Shown here piece after piece: positions 37,253 to 47,109 of a stretch of DNA of 64,000 nt. Position numbers and translations under genes: made by a program. Where the stretch lies: positions 8,557-72,556 of the forward strand of contig JBBACQ010000004.1 of assembly GCA_041656935.1 (NCBI GenBank), read 5' to 3'. The notes below the pieces were generated by a model. It was not told the origin of the DNA. It ran no database searches and worked only from the letters and a program-made list of their open reading frames with translations. The stretch is from Patescibacteria group bacterium (lineage in GTDB: Bacteria > Patescibacteriota > Patescibacteriia > Patescibacteriales > UBA12465). Within the stretch, counting starts at the first letter, position 1. Each line of letters opens with the position of its first letter.

Positions 37253-40200
37253 TTACACATAAGTAACGCTCGCTACCATATCATTTTCGTCTTTAAAGCG
37301 CATAATTCGGACTCCTTGAGTATCACGACCCAATTCATTAACTGTTTTATAAGGCAAACGAATAACCTGACCTTTATCAGAGATAATTATTAAATCCTTG
37401 CCCTCCATGGTATCTTTGTTTATAACAAAAGCATTACTAATTTTACCAGTCTTAGTGGTCACTTTAGCTGTTCGAATACCACTACCACCTCGACCCTGAA
37501 CCTTATACAAATCCAAATCCGTCCTCTTACCATAACCCTGATCCATAATGGTCAAAATTTGATAATTCCGTTTTACTCCTTTCTCAACCTTGATAATTCC
37601 CATTCCAACAACAATATCATCTTTCTTTAATTTAATACCTCGAACACCGGAAGCATTCCGGCCCATATCACGCACCTCTTTTTCAGAAAATCTTATCGCT
37701 TGGCCATTAGCAGTTATTAAACTAATATGATCAAGCCCGGAAGTTGGTTTTGACCAAATCAATTTATCATCATTCTTTATTTTTATCGCTATTAAACCAC
37801 TGCGACGAACATTAGAGAAAGAATCAATTTTAACTTTTTTAACCAAGCCTTTTTCTGTAGCGAAAAATAAATAATTATAACCGGCAATTTTATCTAGCGG
37901 TAAGATAGAAGTAATTTTTTCTCCACCAATTAACTGCAAGAAATTAACAATCGGAGTTCCTTTAGCCGTACGAGAGGCTTGCGGTATTTCATGAGCCTTT
38001 AATTGGAATACTCGCCCCTTAGTAGTAAAGAATAAAATATCATTATGGGTTTGAGTAATAAACATAAAATCAACCGAATCTTCTTCTTTGGTTGTTAAAC
38101 CGATAACACCCTTACCCCCACGAGCTTGAACCTTAAAAGTATCAGGATCTAATCGCTTAATATACCCATCCCGAGTCATCATAATCATAGTTTCTTCATT
38201 GGGTATTAAATCTTCAATATTAAAATTCTTAACACCATGAGCTACTACTTGAGTTCGACGCTCGTCCCCAAATTTTTCTCCCAATTCAGCAATCTCAGTT
38301 TTAATAATATTTCTAATTTTAGTTTTAGAAGCTAAAATTGCCTCTAACTCTTTAATCAATTTTAATTTTTCTTTTAATTCATCTTCAATTTTAATACGTT
38401 CCAAATTAGCCAAACTCTGCAATCTCATTTCCAAAATAGCCACCGCCTGTCTTTCGGACAACTTAAATCTCTTTATTAAACTTTCCTTAGCTACGTCTTT
38501 ATCTTTTGAAGCTTTAATAACTTTAATAACTTCGTCAATATTTTTTAAAGCAATCATTAAACCTTCCAAAATATGAGCTCTGTCCTTGGCCTTATTTAAT
38601 TCAAATTCAGTCCGACGATAAATTACATCTTGACGATGTTTAATATATTCCTCTAAAACCATTTTTAAAGTTAATACTTTAGGTTGAATTCCATCAATTA
38701 AGGCTAAAATATTAACATGGAAGGTGCTTTGTAAAGCAGTATTTTTGTACAAGCTATTTAATATTTTTTTCGGATAAGAATCTTTTTTCAAATCTAAAAC
38801 AATGCGAACGCCCTCTTTATCAGACTCGTCTCGTAAACCTCTAACTCCATCTAACTTTTTATCTTTTACTAAATCAGCAATTTTTTCTACCAAAGTCGCC
38901 TTATTAACCTGATAAGGAAGCTCGGTAATAATTATTTGGAAATTTCCATTTTTCTCCTCTTTAATATCAGCCCTTCCTCGACAAACAATTCCACCCTTAC
39001 CGGTAGCATAGGCATTCAAAATATCTTTTTTATCATAAATAATTCCACCGGTTGGGAAATCAGGCCCTTTGACATGCTCCATTAAATCCTCCACCGTAGA
39101 GTCTGGTTGGTCAATTAATAAATTTATTGCTCCTAATAATTCTTTTAGATTATGAGGCGGAATATTAGTGGACATACCGACCGCAATTCCCATCCCTCCG
39201 TTTAGGAGTAAATTAGGTAATTTAGCCGGTAAAACTTGCGGTTCTTTTTGTGAGCCATCATAATTAGGAATAAAATTAACGGTATCTTTATCAATGTCAA
39301 ATAATAATTCTTCTGTAATACTAGCTAATTTTGCTTCAGTATTATGATTTATAAAACCATTAGCTACAAAAGAGTGACAAGTGCTCCCTACTTTAATAGA
39401 ATAAACATTTTCTTTTTCGACCTGAGTTTCAACTAGCTTCACCTGATTAAAAAAGTAATGATTTTCTAATAAGTAATCGACCATTTTCAAGTCAGAAGAA
39501 TTTAAAATGCTCTTTAATTTACAATAATTTTTTCTTAAGCTATTATAACGATCAAAATTATTTTTAACTATAAAACTATTTTTATAATTTAATCTTAAAT
39601 AATTGTTTAAAAATGGAATAAAATCATTATGGCTTAAACGAGTAGTATTAATCTCCGATATCTTAGATAAAATCTCTCTTTTACGTTGAGAAAAAAAGTT
39701 AATATTTTTTTGAAAATTTACAATACTATCAACTCCCGAGATTATTAATTTATAACAAGCATTTCTCTTATCCTGATAAGGCGAAGTGGTAACTACACCA
39801 AAATTTAATAAAACTGTTTTCAGCTGATTGATAAGTTTTTTGCTTTTAGAATTATAGTTTAATTCAATTGATTTTCCGCCGTGTCTTTGGTCTTTTTTAA
39901 AAGAAACCGAACCATCACCCTCAAATAAACCTCGTAAAAAAGAACTTATTACTGCTCGGCTAGACATTAAAACTGAAAAAGGAATTTCTTTTTTATCAGA
40001 TAATTTAGTAGCCAAGCCAATTTCTTGTAAAAATTCCACAATATTTTTTTCATAAATACAAAGCTCCGGACAATTACCCTTCAGAACTCTTTCATATAAT
40101 TTAACTCCCGGAAATAACTGAGAAATTATATTTCGAACCTTGCCATAAAAATCTTTATCTGAATTACAGAAGAAAAATTTGTTTTGGTGGAAAGACCCTT

Positions 40201-41212
40201 CTGATACTAAAGCTCCTAAAAGAAAAGCTAGGTCTTTATTCATTTTTTTAGGTAGGGTAATTTTTTTACTCTTAGGGCTTTCTAAAGGAAAAAACTTTTC
40301 TAAACTTAAATCATTTTTAGAAAATAGCGAAGCCGAACGGCTTAAGGGCAAGAAATCATTTTTATTGATATTTTCTAAAGCTTTCCAATAAAAATAGGGC
40401 TGACCAAATTCATTTAAACCCCATAATAATAACGGATGATTAAATGAACCCCGAATTTCATAGCCCTGCTCAGTGGTTATTTTTATAATTGAATGCTTAC
40501 CAGAATCGAAAAATTTAGTAGCTGGCTTAACCTTCCCTTTATAATTTAAAATATTTATTTTTATTTTATCTCCACTTTTAGGGGCAAGATTTTTTATTTC
40601 CACTATCCCTTTATCGGTTAAAAGTAGAGTATCACCAGAAACACAATATCTCATCGCGGCGGCATTATCACCATCCATCGAACCAAAGTTTCCCTGACCA
40701 CGAACCAAAGGATAACGCATTGAGAAATCCTGAGCCATACGAACCATAGAATCATAAACAGCACTATCACCATGCGGATGGTATTTACCTAAAACTTCTC
40801 CCACCACAGTAGCTGACTTACGAAATTTAGCGCTAGCCTTTAAACCAATATCCCACATAGCATACAAAATACGACGATGAACTGGTTTCATACCATCACG
40901 GACGTCAGGCAAGGCGCGAGAAACAATAACGCTCATGGCGTAATCTAAATAAGAAGAACTCATCTCTTCGCTAATAGACTGATTTTGTACTAAACCGTAT
41001 TCGGTTTGACGACGACCATTACCATTAACTGCTGAATCAACCACGGCTTCATCACCATTAAGATCAGCCTCAATAACTACCGCATCTTCTTTAATAACGG
41101 GAGCTTTTTTTTCAATTATATCTTTCTTAACAACCTTTTTGTTTTTAGAAGTCTCTGCGCTGGAAGAAACTTTTTTGGGTGTTTTATCTTTTTTGTCTTT
41201 TTCTTTTTTCAT
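37253..41212 (-). CDS. gyrA: DNA gyrase subunit A interrupted by an in-frame intein. Also carries a roughly 70-aa Lys-rich N-terminal extension.
   Basis: [32 protein letters not shown]. Active-site AAMRY followed by an intein. After the intein, TEAKL... resumes the GyrA sequence. C-terminal beta-pinwheel repeats. Confidence 0.9.
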   Translation of the reverse strand: MKKEKDKKDKTPKKVSSSAETSKNKKVVKKDIIEKKAPVIKEDAVVIEADLNGDEAVVDSAVNGNGRRQTEYGLVQNQSISEEMSSSYLDYAMSVIVSRALPDVRDGMKPVHRRILYAMWDIGLKASAKFRKSATVVGEVLGKYHPHGDSAVYDSMVRMAQDFSMRYPLVRGQGNFGSMDGDNAAAMRYCVSGDTLLLTDKGIVEIKNLAPKSGDKIKINILNYKGKVKPATKFFDSGKHSIIKITTEQGYEIRGSFNHPLLLWGLNEFGQPYFYWKALENINKNDFLPLSRSASLFSKNDLSLEKFFPLESPKSKKITLPKKMNKDLAFLLGALVSEGSFHQNKFFFCNSDKDFYGKVRNIISQLFPGVKLYERVLKGNCPELCIYEKNIVEFLQEIGLATKLSDKKEIPFSVLMSSRAVISSFLRGLFEGDGSVSFKKDQRHGGKSIELNYNSKSKKLINQLKTVLLNFGVVTTSPYQDKRNACYKLIISGVDSIVNFQKNINFFSQRKREILSKISEINTTRLSHNDFIPFLNNYLRLNYKNSFIVKNNFDRYNSLRKNYCKLKSILNSSDLKMVDYLLENHYFFNQVKLVETQVEKENVYSIKVGSTCHSFVANGFINHNTEAKLASITEELLFDIDKDTVNFIPNYDGSQKEPQVLPAKLPNLLLNGGMGIAVGMSTNIPPHNLKELLGAINLLIDQPDSTVEDLMEHVKGPDFPTGGIIYDKKDILNAYATGKGGIVCRGRADIKEEKNGNFQIIITELPYQVNKATLVEKIADLVKDKKLDGVRGLRDESDKEGVRIVLDLKKDSYPKKILNSLYKNTALQSTFHVNILALIDGIQPKVLTLKMVLEEYIKHRQDVIYRRTEFELNKAKDRAHILEGLMIALKNIDEVIKVIKASKDKDVAKESLIKRFKLSERQAVAILEMRLQSLANLERIKIEDELKEKLKLIKELEAILASKTKIRNIIKTEIAELGEKFGDERRTQVVAHGVKNFNIEDLIPNEETMIMMTRDGYIKRLDPDTFKVQARGGKGVIGLTTKEEDSVDFMFITQTHNDILFFTTKGRVFQLKAHEIPQASRTAKGTPIVNFLQLIGGEKITSILPLDKIAGYNYLFFATEKGLVKKVKIDSFSNVRRSGLIAIKIKNDDKLIWSKPTSGLDHISLITANGQAIRFSEKEVRDMGRNASGVRGIKLKKDDIVVGMGIIKVEKGVKRNYQILTIMDQGYGKRTDLDLYKVQGRGGSGIRTAKVTTKTGKISNAFVINKDTMEGKDLIIISDKGQVIRLPYKTVNELGRDTQGVRIMRFKDENDMVASVTYV
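39341..40645 (-). mobile_element. Intein (435 aa) with a LAGLIDADG homing-endonuclease domain, inserted immediately after the catalytic Tyr of GyrA.
   Basis: Begins Cys (AAMRY|CVSGDTLLL) and ends ..VANGFINHN|T. LAGLIDADG-like blocks [14 protein letters not shown] and [15 protein letters not shown]. Coordinates verified codon by codon. Confidence 0.8.
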
Positions 41213-41230
41213 TTTTATATAAAATAAATT

Positions 41231-41737
41231 TTAATAATTGTTTATTTTTTCCTCTAACTCTTTAATCCTTCTTTTTAACTCGGCAATTTCCTGATCGCTC
41301 TCATCTAACTCTTCCGAAAGGATTGGTAAAGAAGAAGAATTATTAATGTTAGTAATAATATTATCAACTAATTCTTCATTTTTATTTTGGATTATTTTGT
41401 CATCGATAGCCTTTTTAATTTTATCTAAATCAGTTTCATCTAAGGTAGATTCATCTTTAATTTCAGACGCATTTTGGGATTCAATACTATTTAATAGAAC
41501 AGCAAAACCCTCCAAGGTTTCATCTACTTCTTTTTTACTCTCCGAAATATTTAAAAATTCAAAATCTCCCGCTAAAGAGACTTTATTCGAAAAAATATTT
41601 TCTAAATTAAAAGACCAAACAATAAAAATAGACAGAGTAGAAACAACGACAAAAATTAATAGCCAAAAATATTTATCTTTTTTCGCTACAACTTTTTTTA
41701 ATTTTAGCCACCAATTTTTAAAATCTAATTTCTCCAT
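41231..41737 (-). CDS. Hypothetical single-pass membrane protein with an acidic coiled-coil C-terminus.
   Basis: ORF between ndk and gyrA. TM helix FWLLIFVVVSTLSIFIVW. Confidence 0.45.
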   Translation of the reverse strand: MEKLDFKNWWLKLKKVVAKKDKYFWLLIFVVVSTLSIFIVWSFNLENIFSNKVSLAGDFEFLNISESKKEVDETLEGFAVLLNSIESQNASEIKDESTLDETDLDKIKKAIDDKIIQNKNEELVDNIITNINNSSSLPILSEELDESDQEIAELKRRIKELEEKINNY

Positions 41738-41747
41738 TTTTATAAAT

Positions 41748-42356
41748 TTATTCCTTCATGCCATCTAAATTAACATCATATAATATCTGTTCGGAAATAA
41801 GGCGATATTTAAAAAGTTCTTCGTCTTTGAACCACAGAGCTATTTCTCGACTAGCCTCATCGGGATGATCAGAGCAGTGAATTAAATTTCTAACAGCTCT
41901 TTCATCTAGATTAGATAATTCATAAGAATCAACTGTGAAATCACCTCTAATAGTCCCAACATCAGAACTAAGAGGTTCGGTCCCACCAACTATTTTTTTT
42001 ACAATTCCGACTGCCCCATTACCCTCAAAAACCATAGCTATAACTGGACCACAAGTCATAAATTTAACTAAGGCTCCAATAATATCGCGTCCATACTCAA
42101 TAGCTGGCTTTTCTATCGGCAATCCGGCCATTTTTCGATTCTCTAAAACTTTTTTTCCTTTTTCCTCAAACCAATTATCATCTTTGTCATAATGTTTCCA
42201 ACACTGACCCTCGTTCGCCATTAGCATTTTTAAACCTGTCATTTTCAAACCAGTTCTCTCTAAACGATGGACTAATTCTCCAATTAAAGACCGCTGAATA
42301 GCATCCGGCTTTAAAATAACAAAAGTTCTCTCTTTTTTAGGATTAACTGAATTCAT
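41748..42356 (-). CDS. ndk: Nucleoside diphosphate kinase with an internal insertion and duplication.
   Basis: FVILKPDAIQRSLIGELVHRLER. VKFMTCGPVIAMVFEG. NLIHCSD (active-site His). 202 aa versus about 140 typical. Confidence 0.8.
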   Translation of the reverse strand: MNSVNPKKERTFVILKPDAIQRSLIGELVHRLERTGLKMTGLKMLMANEGQCWKHYDKDDNWFEEKGKKVLENRKMAGLPIEKPAIEYGRDIIGALVKFMTCGPVIAMVFEGNGAVGIVKKIVGGTEPLSSDVGTIRGDFTVDSYELSNLDERAVRNLIHCSDHPDEASREIALWFKDEELFKYRLISEQILYDVNLDGMKE

Positions 42357-42449
42357 ATTTTTTTATTTTACTTAAATTATATTTATAAAAAAACATTTCT
42401 TATCTAATTATAAAAAATATAATTACAGCAAAATTAATTATAGATAAAA

Positions 42450-43094
42450 TTATCTTTTAAAAATTACTAAGCGCATGTCTTCGCTCGGTAAATCTTTTTT
42501 ACTTATTTTTAGTTTTTCTTCTTCATTAACTTCAATACCTAATTCTTTAATAAACTTATCAACTCCTTCAATATCTATTTTCAAATCTTTAGTCTTATAG
42601 TGCATGGGGATAACGATGCGGGGTTCAATTTGTGAAATTACCTCAACTGCTTTTTTGGCATCCAAGGTATATTTTCCACCAACTGGAACAAATAAAATAT
42701 CAACTCCGCCTAATTTTTCTAATTGCTTATTATCTAAGACCTCTCCTAAATCGCCTAAATGAGCTAAGCTTAATCCTTCAATATCAAAGCGAAAAATAAT
42801 ATTAGCTCCCCGATCTTTCCCCTCCTTATCATCATGGTAAGAACGAATTCCTTCGATAATAACTCCTTTAACATCAAACTCCCCCGCACAATCAACTACA
42901 AAAGGTTTCCCTCGAAGTGAGTTTATATTATTGTGATCATCGTGATTGTGACTAACTGAAACGATATCAGCCTCAACATTAGGAACCTTAAGGCCAGTTT
43001 CCTGACCGAAGGGATCAGTAACGATAGAAATATTTTCACCGTTTATTTTTTCCTCAATCTTAAAACAGGAATGACCTAACCAAGTAATATTCAT
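42450..43094 (-). CDS. MBL-fold metal-dependent hydrolase.
   Basis: HSCFKIE... and VSHNHDDH (HxHxDH). Downstream His and Asp ligands. Confidence 0.75.
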   Translation of the reverse strand: MNITWLGHSCFKIEEKINGENISIVTDPFGQETGLKVPNVEADIVSVSHNHDDHNNINSLRGKPFVVDCAGEFDVKGVIIEGIRSYHDDKEGKDRGANIIFRFDIEGLSLAHLGDLGEVLDNKQLEKLGGVDILFVPVGGKYTLDAKKAVEVISQIEPRIVIPMHYKTKDLKIDIEGVDKFIKELGIEVNEEEKLKISKKDLPSEDMRLVIFKR

Positions 43095-43276
43095 AAAATT
43101 AGATTATTTATTATTCTTAAACATAGAAAAAGCCAATTTCTCAGCTTTTTTACCTTTTTAAATACAGCTTAATTTAGACTATAATTATACATTAATTATA
43201 GCAAAAATTAAAGTTTCGGTCAATGCTAAAATGGTGTTTTTCTAGTTTTAAATATCTTTTTATCTATTAGGGGAAA

Positions 43277-43303
43277 TAAAAAAAGGGTATAGATATACCC
43301 TTT
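43277..43303 (-). terminator. Intrinsic terminator after the 43324 gene.
   Basis: agggtat-agat-ataccct preceded on the plus strand by an A-run (a T-run on the minus strand). Confidence 0.55.
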
Positions 43304-43323
43304 ATACTTTTGGAGAGGAATGG

Positions 43324-44511
43324 TTAGCGATATGACCGCCACTCATCCCATTTGAGAAATTTAGATTGGCTTGATTTTTCAACTAAGCCTAGGTCTAAAA
43401 TTTCCGTAGTTCTTTCTCCGTGCCCATAGACGATTGTCATGACGGGCCCTGATTTTAAACGTGCTTTGATCCTCTGGCGAGCTGGAATCACCATCCCAAC
43501 CCACTTGATTCCTGAAAATGCATCAATCTGAACCCTTTCAGAAGACCTTAAGGTGTTTTTTGGTGCTATATACTTTTCCGGTACGAAAATTGTAACATCT
43601 TCGCTACGGGTATTGTATAGGTTGACCAATGTTGTTTTGCCGGCAACCTCGCTTCCCTTAGCAAAAAACAAGGGATTGAAAGTTCCTTCATCGAAAATAA
43701 AGCTTCCATTTCTGACAATCAAGGTAACTGGAATTTCCGGAGAAATCCCCGTTGGAAGTTTCACTCTGGCAATGAAATCATAGGCTCCATTTTTGGGCAT
43801 ACGAGAAGCCAAAACTTTGATTTCATCTTTGCCACCGGGTGCTAGGGCAAACGAAACGCCCAATTCCTCGCTGTAAACAACGCATTCGTAATTAACTTCC
43901 GTACTTACTTTTAAAGTAAGACTTGGTATTCCGAGATCCTCGTCAGTGATAGTTGCCCTGAACAAAGGTCTTTCCCCAGCGAACTGAGAATAATCTTTGT
44001 CCTTTTCGATGACCGGCTCCAGCAAGAAAACCAAATTTCTTTTGATCTTCTTACCATCAAGTTCAAACTCGGCAAAACAGGTCACGTTTTTTGCACGTGA
44101 AGTGTTAATAACGAGATCAAACAAACCAGCCTCGATCATGGCGGTCGTTTTATCGGCTCCTTCGTCCATGTCGTTCATAAAGTTCAACAAGGGCAAAAGA
44201 TCTCCCGTACGAAACGAGAAGTCGAAATCAGCGATGAGTGCATTCGATTGTGGAAAGAATTCCACTTTCGACACAATACTCCCCCAATTACCCGAAAGAT
44301 CCATTTTTTTATACTCGGCCGGTGTGAGTTTCAAATTCTGAGCGAACTCAGATTTGTTCTCAATAATAATCTTGGCCAACATTGGGGCCTTGACCCCGGC
44401 TTTGTAGTCATTAAATGACTTGGCATCTTTGGTTTCCTGGGCAAAGCCAGAAAAAGATACTGCAACAAAAGATACTGCAACAATAACCAAACTAATTAAT
44501 ACTTTCCTCAT
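43324..44511 (-). CDS. Secreted hypothetical protein (395 aa) with an N-terminal signal peptide. G+C markedly above genome background.
   Basis: MRKVLISLVIVAVSFVAVSFSGFAQE signal-like N-terminus. No recognised domain. Confidence 0.55.
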   Translation of the reverse strand: MRKVLISLVIVAVSFVAVSFSGFAQETKDAKSFNDYKAGVKAPMLAKIIIENKSEFAQNLKLTPAEYKKMDLSGNWGSIVSKVEFFPQSNALIADFDFSFRTGDLLPLLNFMNDMDEGADKTTAMIEAGLFDLVINTSRAKNVTCFAEFELDGKKIKRNLVFLLEPVIEKDKDYSQFAGERPLFRATITDEDLGIPSLTLKVSTEVNYECVVYSEELGVSFALAPGGKDEIKVLASRMPKNGAYDFIARVKLPTGISPEIPVTLIVRNGSFIFDEGTFNPLFFAKGSEVAGKTTLVNLYNTRSEDVTIFVPEKYIAPKNTLRSSERVQIDAFSGIKWVGMVIPARQRIKARLKSGPVMTIVYGHGERTTEILDLGLVEKSSQSKFLKWDEWRSYR

Positions 44512-44549
44512 GATTTGTTTCCTCCATTTAAATTTAATTTTTAATAATT

Positions 44550-44599
44550 TTAATTGTTAAGCTAAACAACATCTAAATATTAGCTAACTTAACAATTAA
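44550..44599. promoter_or_regulatory. 50-nt imperfect palindrome in the 5' leader of the 43324 gene.
   Basis: TTAATTGTTAAGCTAA-n18-TTAGCTAACTTAACAATTAA. A second copy lies at 45432-45482. Confidence 0.5.
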
Positions 44600-44643
44600 A
44601 ATATTAATAATGCATGTAAAAGTACTTTTTGTTTTAATGTAGA

Positions 44644-44672
44644 ATTATAGCATATATATTTTTTTTTGTCAA
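44644..44672 (-). promoter_or_regulatory. Consensus sigma70 promoter for the 43324 gene.
   Basis: Minus strand TTGACA, 17 nt, TATAAT. Plus-strand tgtcaa at 44667-44672 and attata at 44644-44649. GGAGG RBS 9 nt before ATG. Confidence 0.6.
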
Positions 44673-44837
44673 GGCTTTTCCCAAATAACCAAATTACTGC
44701 TGTTTTAAGGGCTAAAATAGGGCTAAAGAGAACAAATCTAATAAAAACTTAAAATATAAAATAATGAATAAACTATTTTAAAAAATAATAATTTTAAAAC
44801 AATTACTCTGAAAACATCCTCCCATTAACCAGACAAA

Positions 44838-44866
44838 TAAAAAAAGCAGAAGTTATTCTGCTTTTA
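44838..44866 (-). terminator. Intrinsic terminator after the 44884 gene.
   Basis: aagcagaa-gtta-ttctgctt with A-run/T-run. The 29-nt sequence is identical to that at 45683-45712. Confidence 0.65.
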
Positions 44867-44883
44867 GACTGTTTGGGCGGAGA

Positions 44884-45402
44884 CTAAAAGTCTCCCAACA
44901 TGTCCTCGAACATTGTCTCGAGGTCATCAAAGGAAAAACTACTACTTCCACCTTTTTTCTTGGTCTTCGACTTTGGCTTATCCGAAGAAGCGATTGCTCC
45001 TTCAGTTTTTTTGGCCTCAGCTTCAGCCGTTTTTTTCTTTTGTTGGTTTAATTGCCAATATAAATTGGCAACTCTCTTTTTCTCGGCTTCTCCAGCCTTA
45101 ATCAGAGAGTCCTGAATTCTTTTGCTTTCAATATCGGCCCTTTGAAGATCGCCAATGTCGTTTTTAAGACCATTGATAACTCCATCTGTTTCAATAAACT
45201 TATCGACATGAGCGTCCAAACGATCTGAGTTCAGGTTTATTTTCTTATTTAATAACGAGTCATTCCGATACAAAGCTGTATCAGCCTTATCAAGACGATA
45301 AACCTCTTGCTTGACATTTTTCTTGCCACTTGAAAATCCTATTATCACTACCAGCAAAAAAACAACGGACACTACGGCCCCAATAATCAGATTTTTGTTC
45401 AT
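44884..45402 (-). CDS. Hypothetical single-pass membrane protein with a coiled-coil ectodomain and Lys-rich acidic tail (172 aa).
   Basis: N-terminal TM IIGAVVSVVFLLVVIIGF. No recognised domain. Confidence 0.5.
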   Translation of the reverse strand: MNKNLIIGAVVSVVFLLVVIIGFSSGKKNVKQEVYRLDKADTALYRNDSLLNKKINLNSDRLDAHVDKFIETDGVINGLKNDIGDLQRADIESKRIQDSLIKAGEAEKKRVANLYWQLNQQKKKTAEAEAKKTEGAIASSDKPKSKTKKKGGSSSFSFDDLETMFEDMLGDF

Positions 45403-45431
45403 CTTATTTTAATTTTAAAGGTTATAAAAAT

Positions 45432-45482
45432 TTAATTGTTAAACTAAACAATATCTAAAATATTAGCTAGTTTAACAATTAA
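45432..45482. promoter_or_regulatory. Second copy of the leader palindrome.
   Basis: TTAATTGTTAAACTAA-n15-TTAGCTAGTTTAACAATTAA. Confidence 0.5.
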
Positions 45483-45527
45483 AAATTTTAACCACCTTGG
45501 TAAAGATCTAAATAATTTTAATAGGTA

Positions 45528-45556
45528 ATTTTAACATATAAAAAAATATTTGTCAA
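45528..45556 (-). promoter_or_regulatory. Sigma70 promoter for the 44884 gene.
   Basis: Minus strand TTGACA, 17 nt, TAAAAT. Confidence 0.55.
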
Positions 45557-45684
45557 TAGTGCATAAATACCAATAAAAACAAGCTTTTTTATCTATTCCT
45601 CAAATTAATAGAAAATTTGTTTTTTGAAAAAAGATTAATCGAAAAGAGCAAAGCGAAGTCGTTTTTAGCCTAAAAAGAGAAAAA

Positions 45685-45712
45685 TAAAAAAAGCAGAAGT
45701 TATTCTGCTTAT
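45685..45712 (-). terminator. Intrinsic terminator after the 45732 gene. Identical to the 44838 copy.
   Basis: aagcagaa-gtta-ttctgctt. Confidence 0.65.
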
Positions 45713-45731
45713 AATTTGTCAAAAAAGAACT

Positions 45732-46283
45732 TTATCTGTCTTTTTTATAAAAGCGTTTCGGCCACCAGGGCGAAGCAGTTGGTGCTTTTTTCACGGGCAG
45801 ATTTTTAGAATTAGAATCTTCAACAGAAACCTCTTCAAAAAACCTTTCTGATACATCAGGCACAATTGGTTTTTCAATAACCTCTTTTTGATTATTTTTC
45901 CCAAGCTCTTTTTCCAAAGCCAAAATTTTTCGGTTCATTTTGCGATAAAGAGAAGCCTGCTCCTTCTCTATTTTTTCCAGCTTCTCCAGTACGACACTAA
46001 ATATCGTATCATGCTGATTCTTAGAAAAATTTAATTCCTCTACTTCTTTTTTAAAGGAATTTATTTTTTCCTCTAAATCGAAGTGGGAACCCCCGACTTC
46101 ATTTCTTAACTCAAACCTGAAATCTTGATTTTCTTTTTCGACCTCAGCTTTAACTCCTCCAATTTGAGAGCTTACGCTACCTGTCAACTTTGAAAAACCA
46201 ATTATTATGGCGATAGTTATCACCAAAATTCCACCAACAATTACCAGCACCAACGTTTTCCCCTTTTTTTCTCCTTCCGACAT
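45732..46283 (-). CDS. Hypothetical single-pass membrane protein with a coiled-coil region (183 aa).
   Basis: TM LVLVIVGGILVITIAIIIGF. Coiled-coil heptads. Confidence 0.5.
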   Translation of the reverse strand: MSEGEKKGKTLVLVIVGGILVITIAIIIGFSKLTGSVSSQIGGVKAEVEKENQDFRFELRNEVGGSHFDLEEKINSFKKEVEELNFSKNQHDTIFSVVLEKLEKIEKEQASLYRKMNRKILALEKELGKNNQKEVIEKPIVPDVSERFFEEVSVEDSNSKNLPVKKAPTASPWWPKRFYKKDR

Positions 46284-46332
46284 AATTCCTCCTATTTAAA
46301 ATTGTTAAAAAAACTAATAATAATGATTTTAG

Positions 46333-46361
46333 ACATTAATACATTTTAAAAAATAAGTCAA
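46333..46361 (-). promoter_or_regulatory. Candidate promoter for the 45732 gene, divergent from the next promoter.
   Basis: Minus strand TTGACT, 17 nt, TAATGT. Confidence 0.4.
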
Positions 46362-46371
46362 TAGCTACCCC

Positions 46372-46400
46372 TTGACACAATTAATTAAATATGCTATAAT
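46372..46400 (+). promoter_or_regulatory. Consensus sigma70 promoter for the 46513 gene.
   Basis: TTGACA, 17 nt, TATAAT. About 105-nt leader. Confidence 0.6.
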
Positions 46401-46512
46401 TAAGAATCGTAATAATCGTACCTTTAAAAAGATTAAAATTTAACGAGAAGATTAAAAAGTTCTTTTTTTAATTTTTTAGTTAAATTTTAATTAACCTATA
46501 AAAAATCAAGAA

Positions 46513-47058
46513 ATGGAAACATACGAACTGAAACAGTTGATAAGAAAAGACGGAGAGGTAATCGGAGCAGAATTCCAAAACGGACAGAAGTTAATGATCT
46601 CCCAGTGGGACCATAGCACCCTGGCCGAATTCGAAAACGTAAGTTTTCGTACTCCGGTAAAAGAGGGTAAATTTTTACAATTCGTGAATTCTCCCTTAAC
46701 CCTGAAGCCTGACGGCAATATTTGTCAGATACCTTCATATTGGAGGTACGGAGTGAAAATTGGTGGTCAAATCATTACCAGAACATTTCGCTTCTCTTGT
46801 GACGAAGGAAGTAAAAAAATAAATCAACTTCCCTTCGGCACAGATGTTGTCGGAAGGGCCAAAATTTGCCTTTCCACCAACAAAAAAACTGGAGAAAAGC
46901 GAGTGATAGTGGATTATTTCATCTACAGCGACCAAAAAGTGGTTGCCCAAAATGAAGTAAAAATCGGAGGAAAAACCAAGCCCTCCACCATCTGGACCGC
47001 ACCCATCCCCAAAACCGAAAGCAACATCGTTGTAAATAAGGTTGAACCCAAAAAATAG
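46513..47058 (+). CDS. Hypothetical protein (181 aa) with no signal peptide. G+C above background.
   Basis: ORF with an internal VKIGG repeat. No recognised domain. Confidence 0.5.
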   Translation: METYELKQLIRKDGEVIGAEFQNGQKLMISQWDHSTLAEFENVSFRTPVKEGKFLQFVNSPLTLKPDGNICQIPSYWRYGVKIGGQIITRTFRFSCDEGSKKINQLPFGTDVVGRAKICLSTNKKTGEKRVIVDYFIYSDQKVVAQNEVKIGGKTKPSTIWTAPIPKTESNIVVNKVEPKK

Positions 47059-47074
47059 ATCTCGGGTCTCAACC

Positions 47075-47109
47075 AAAAAAGCCTGTACAAAATACAGGCT
47101 TCTTTTTTT
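47075..47109 (+). terminator. Intrinsic terminator.
   Basis: aagcctgta-caaaa-tacaggctt followed by tcttttttt. Confidence 0.7.

Noticed and set aside
44618-44629. A 12-bp perfect palindrome AAAAGTACTTTT at the predicted transcription start of the 43324 gene.
   Set aside because: Short AT-rich palindromes are expected by chance at this base composition. Not reported as a separate operator.
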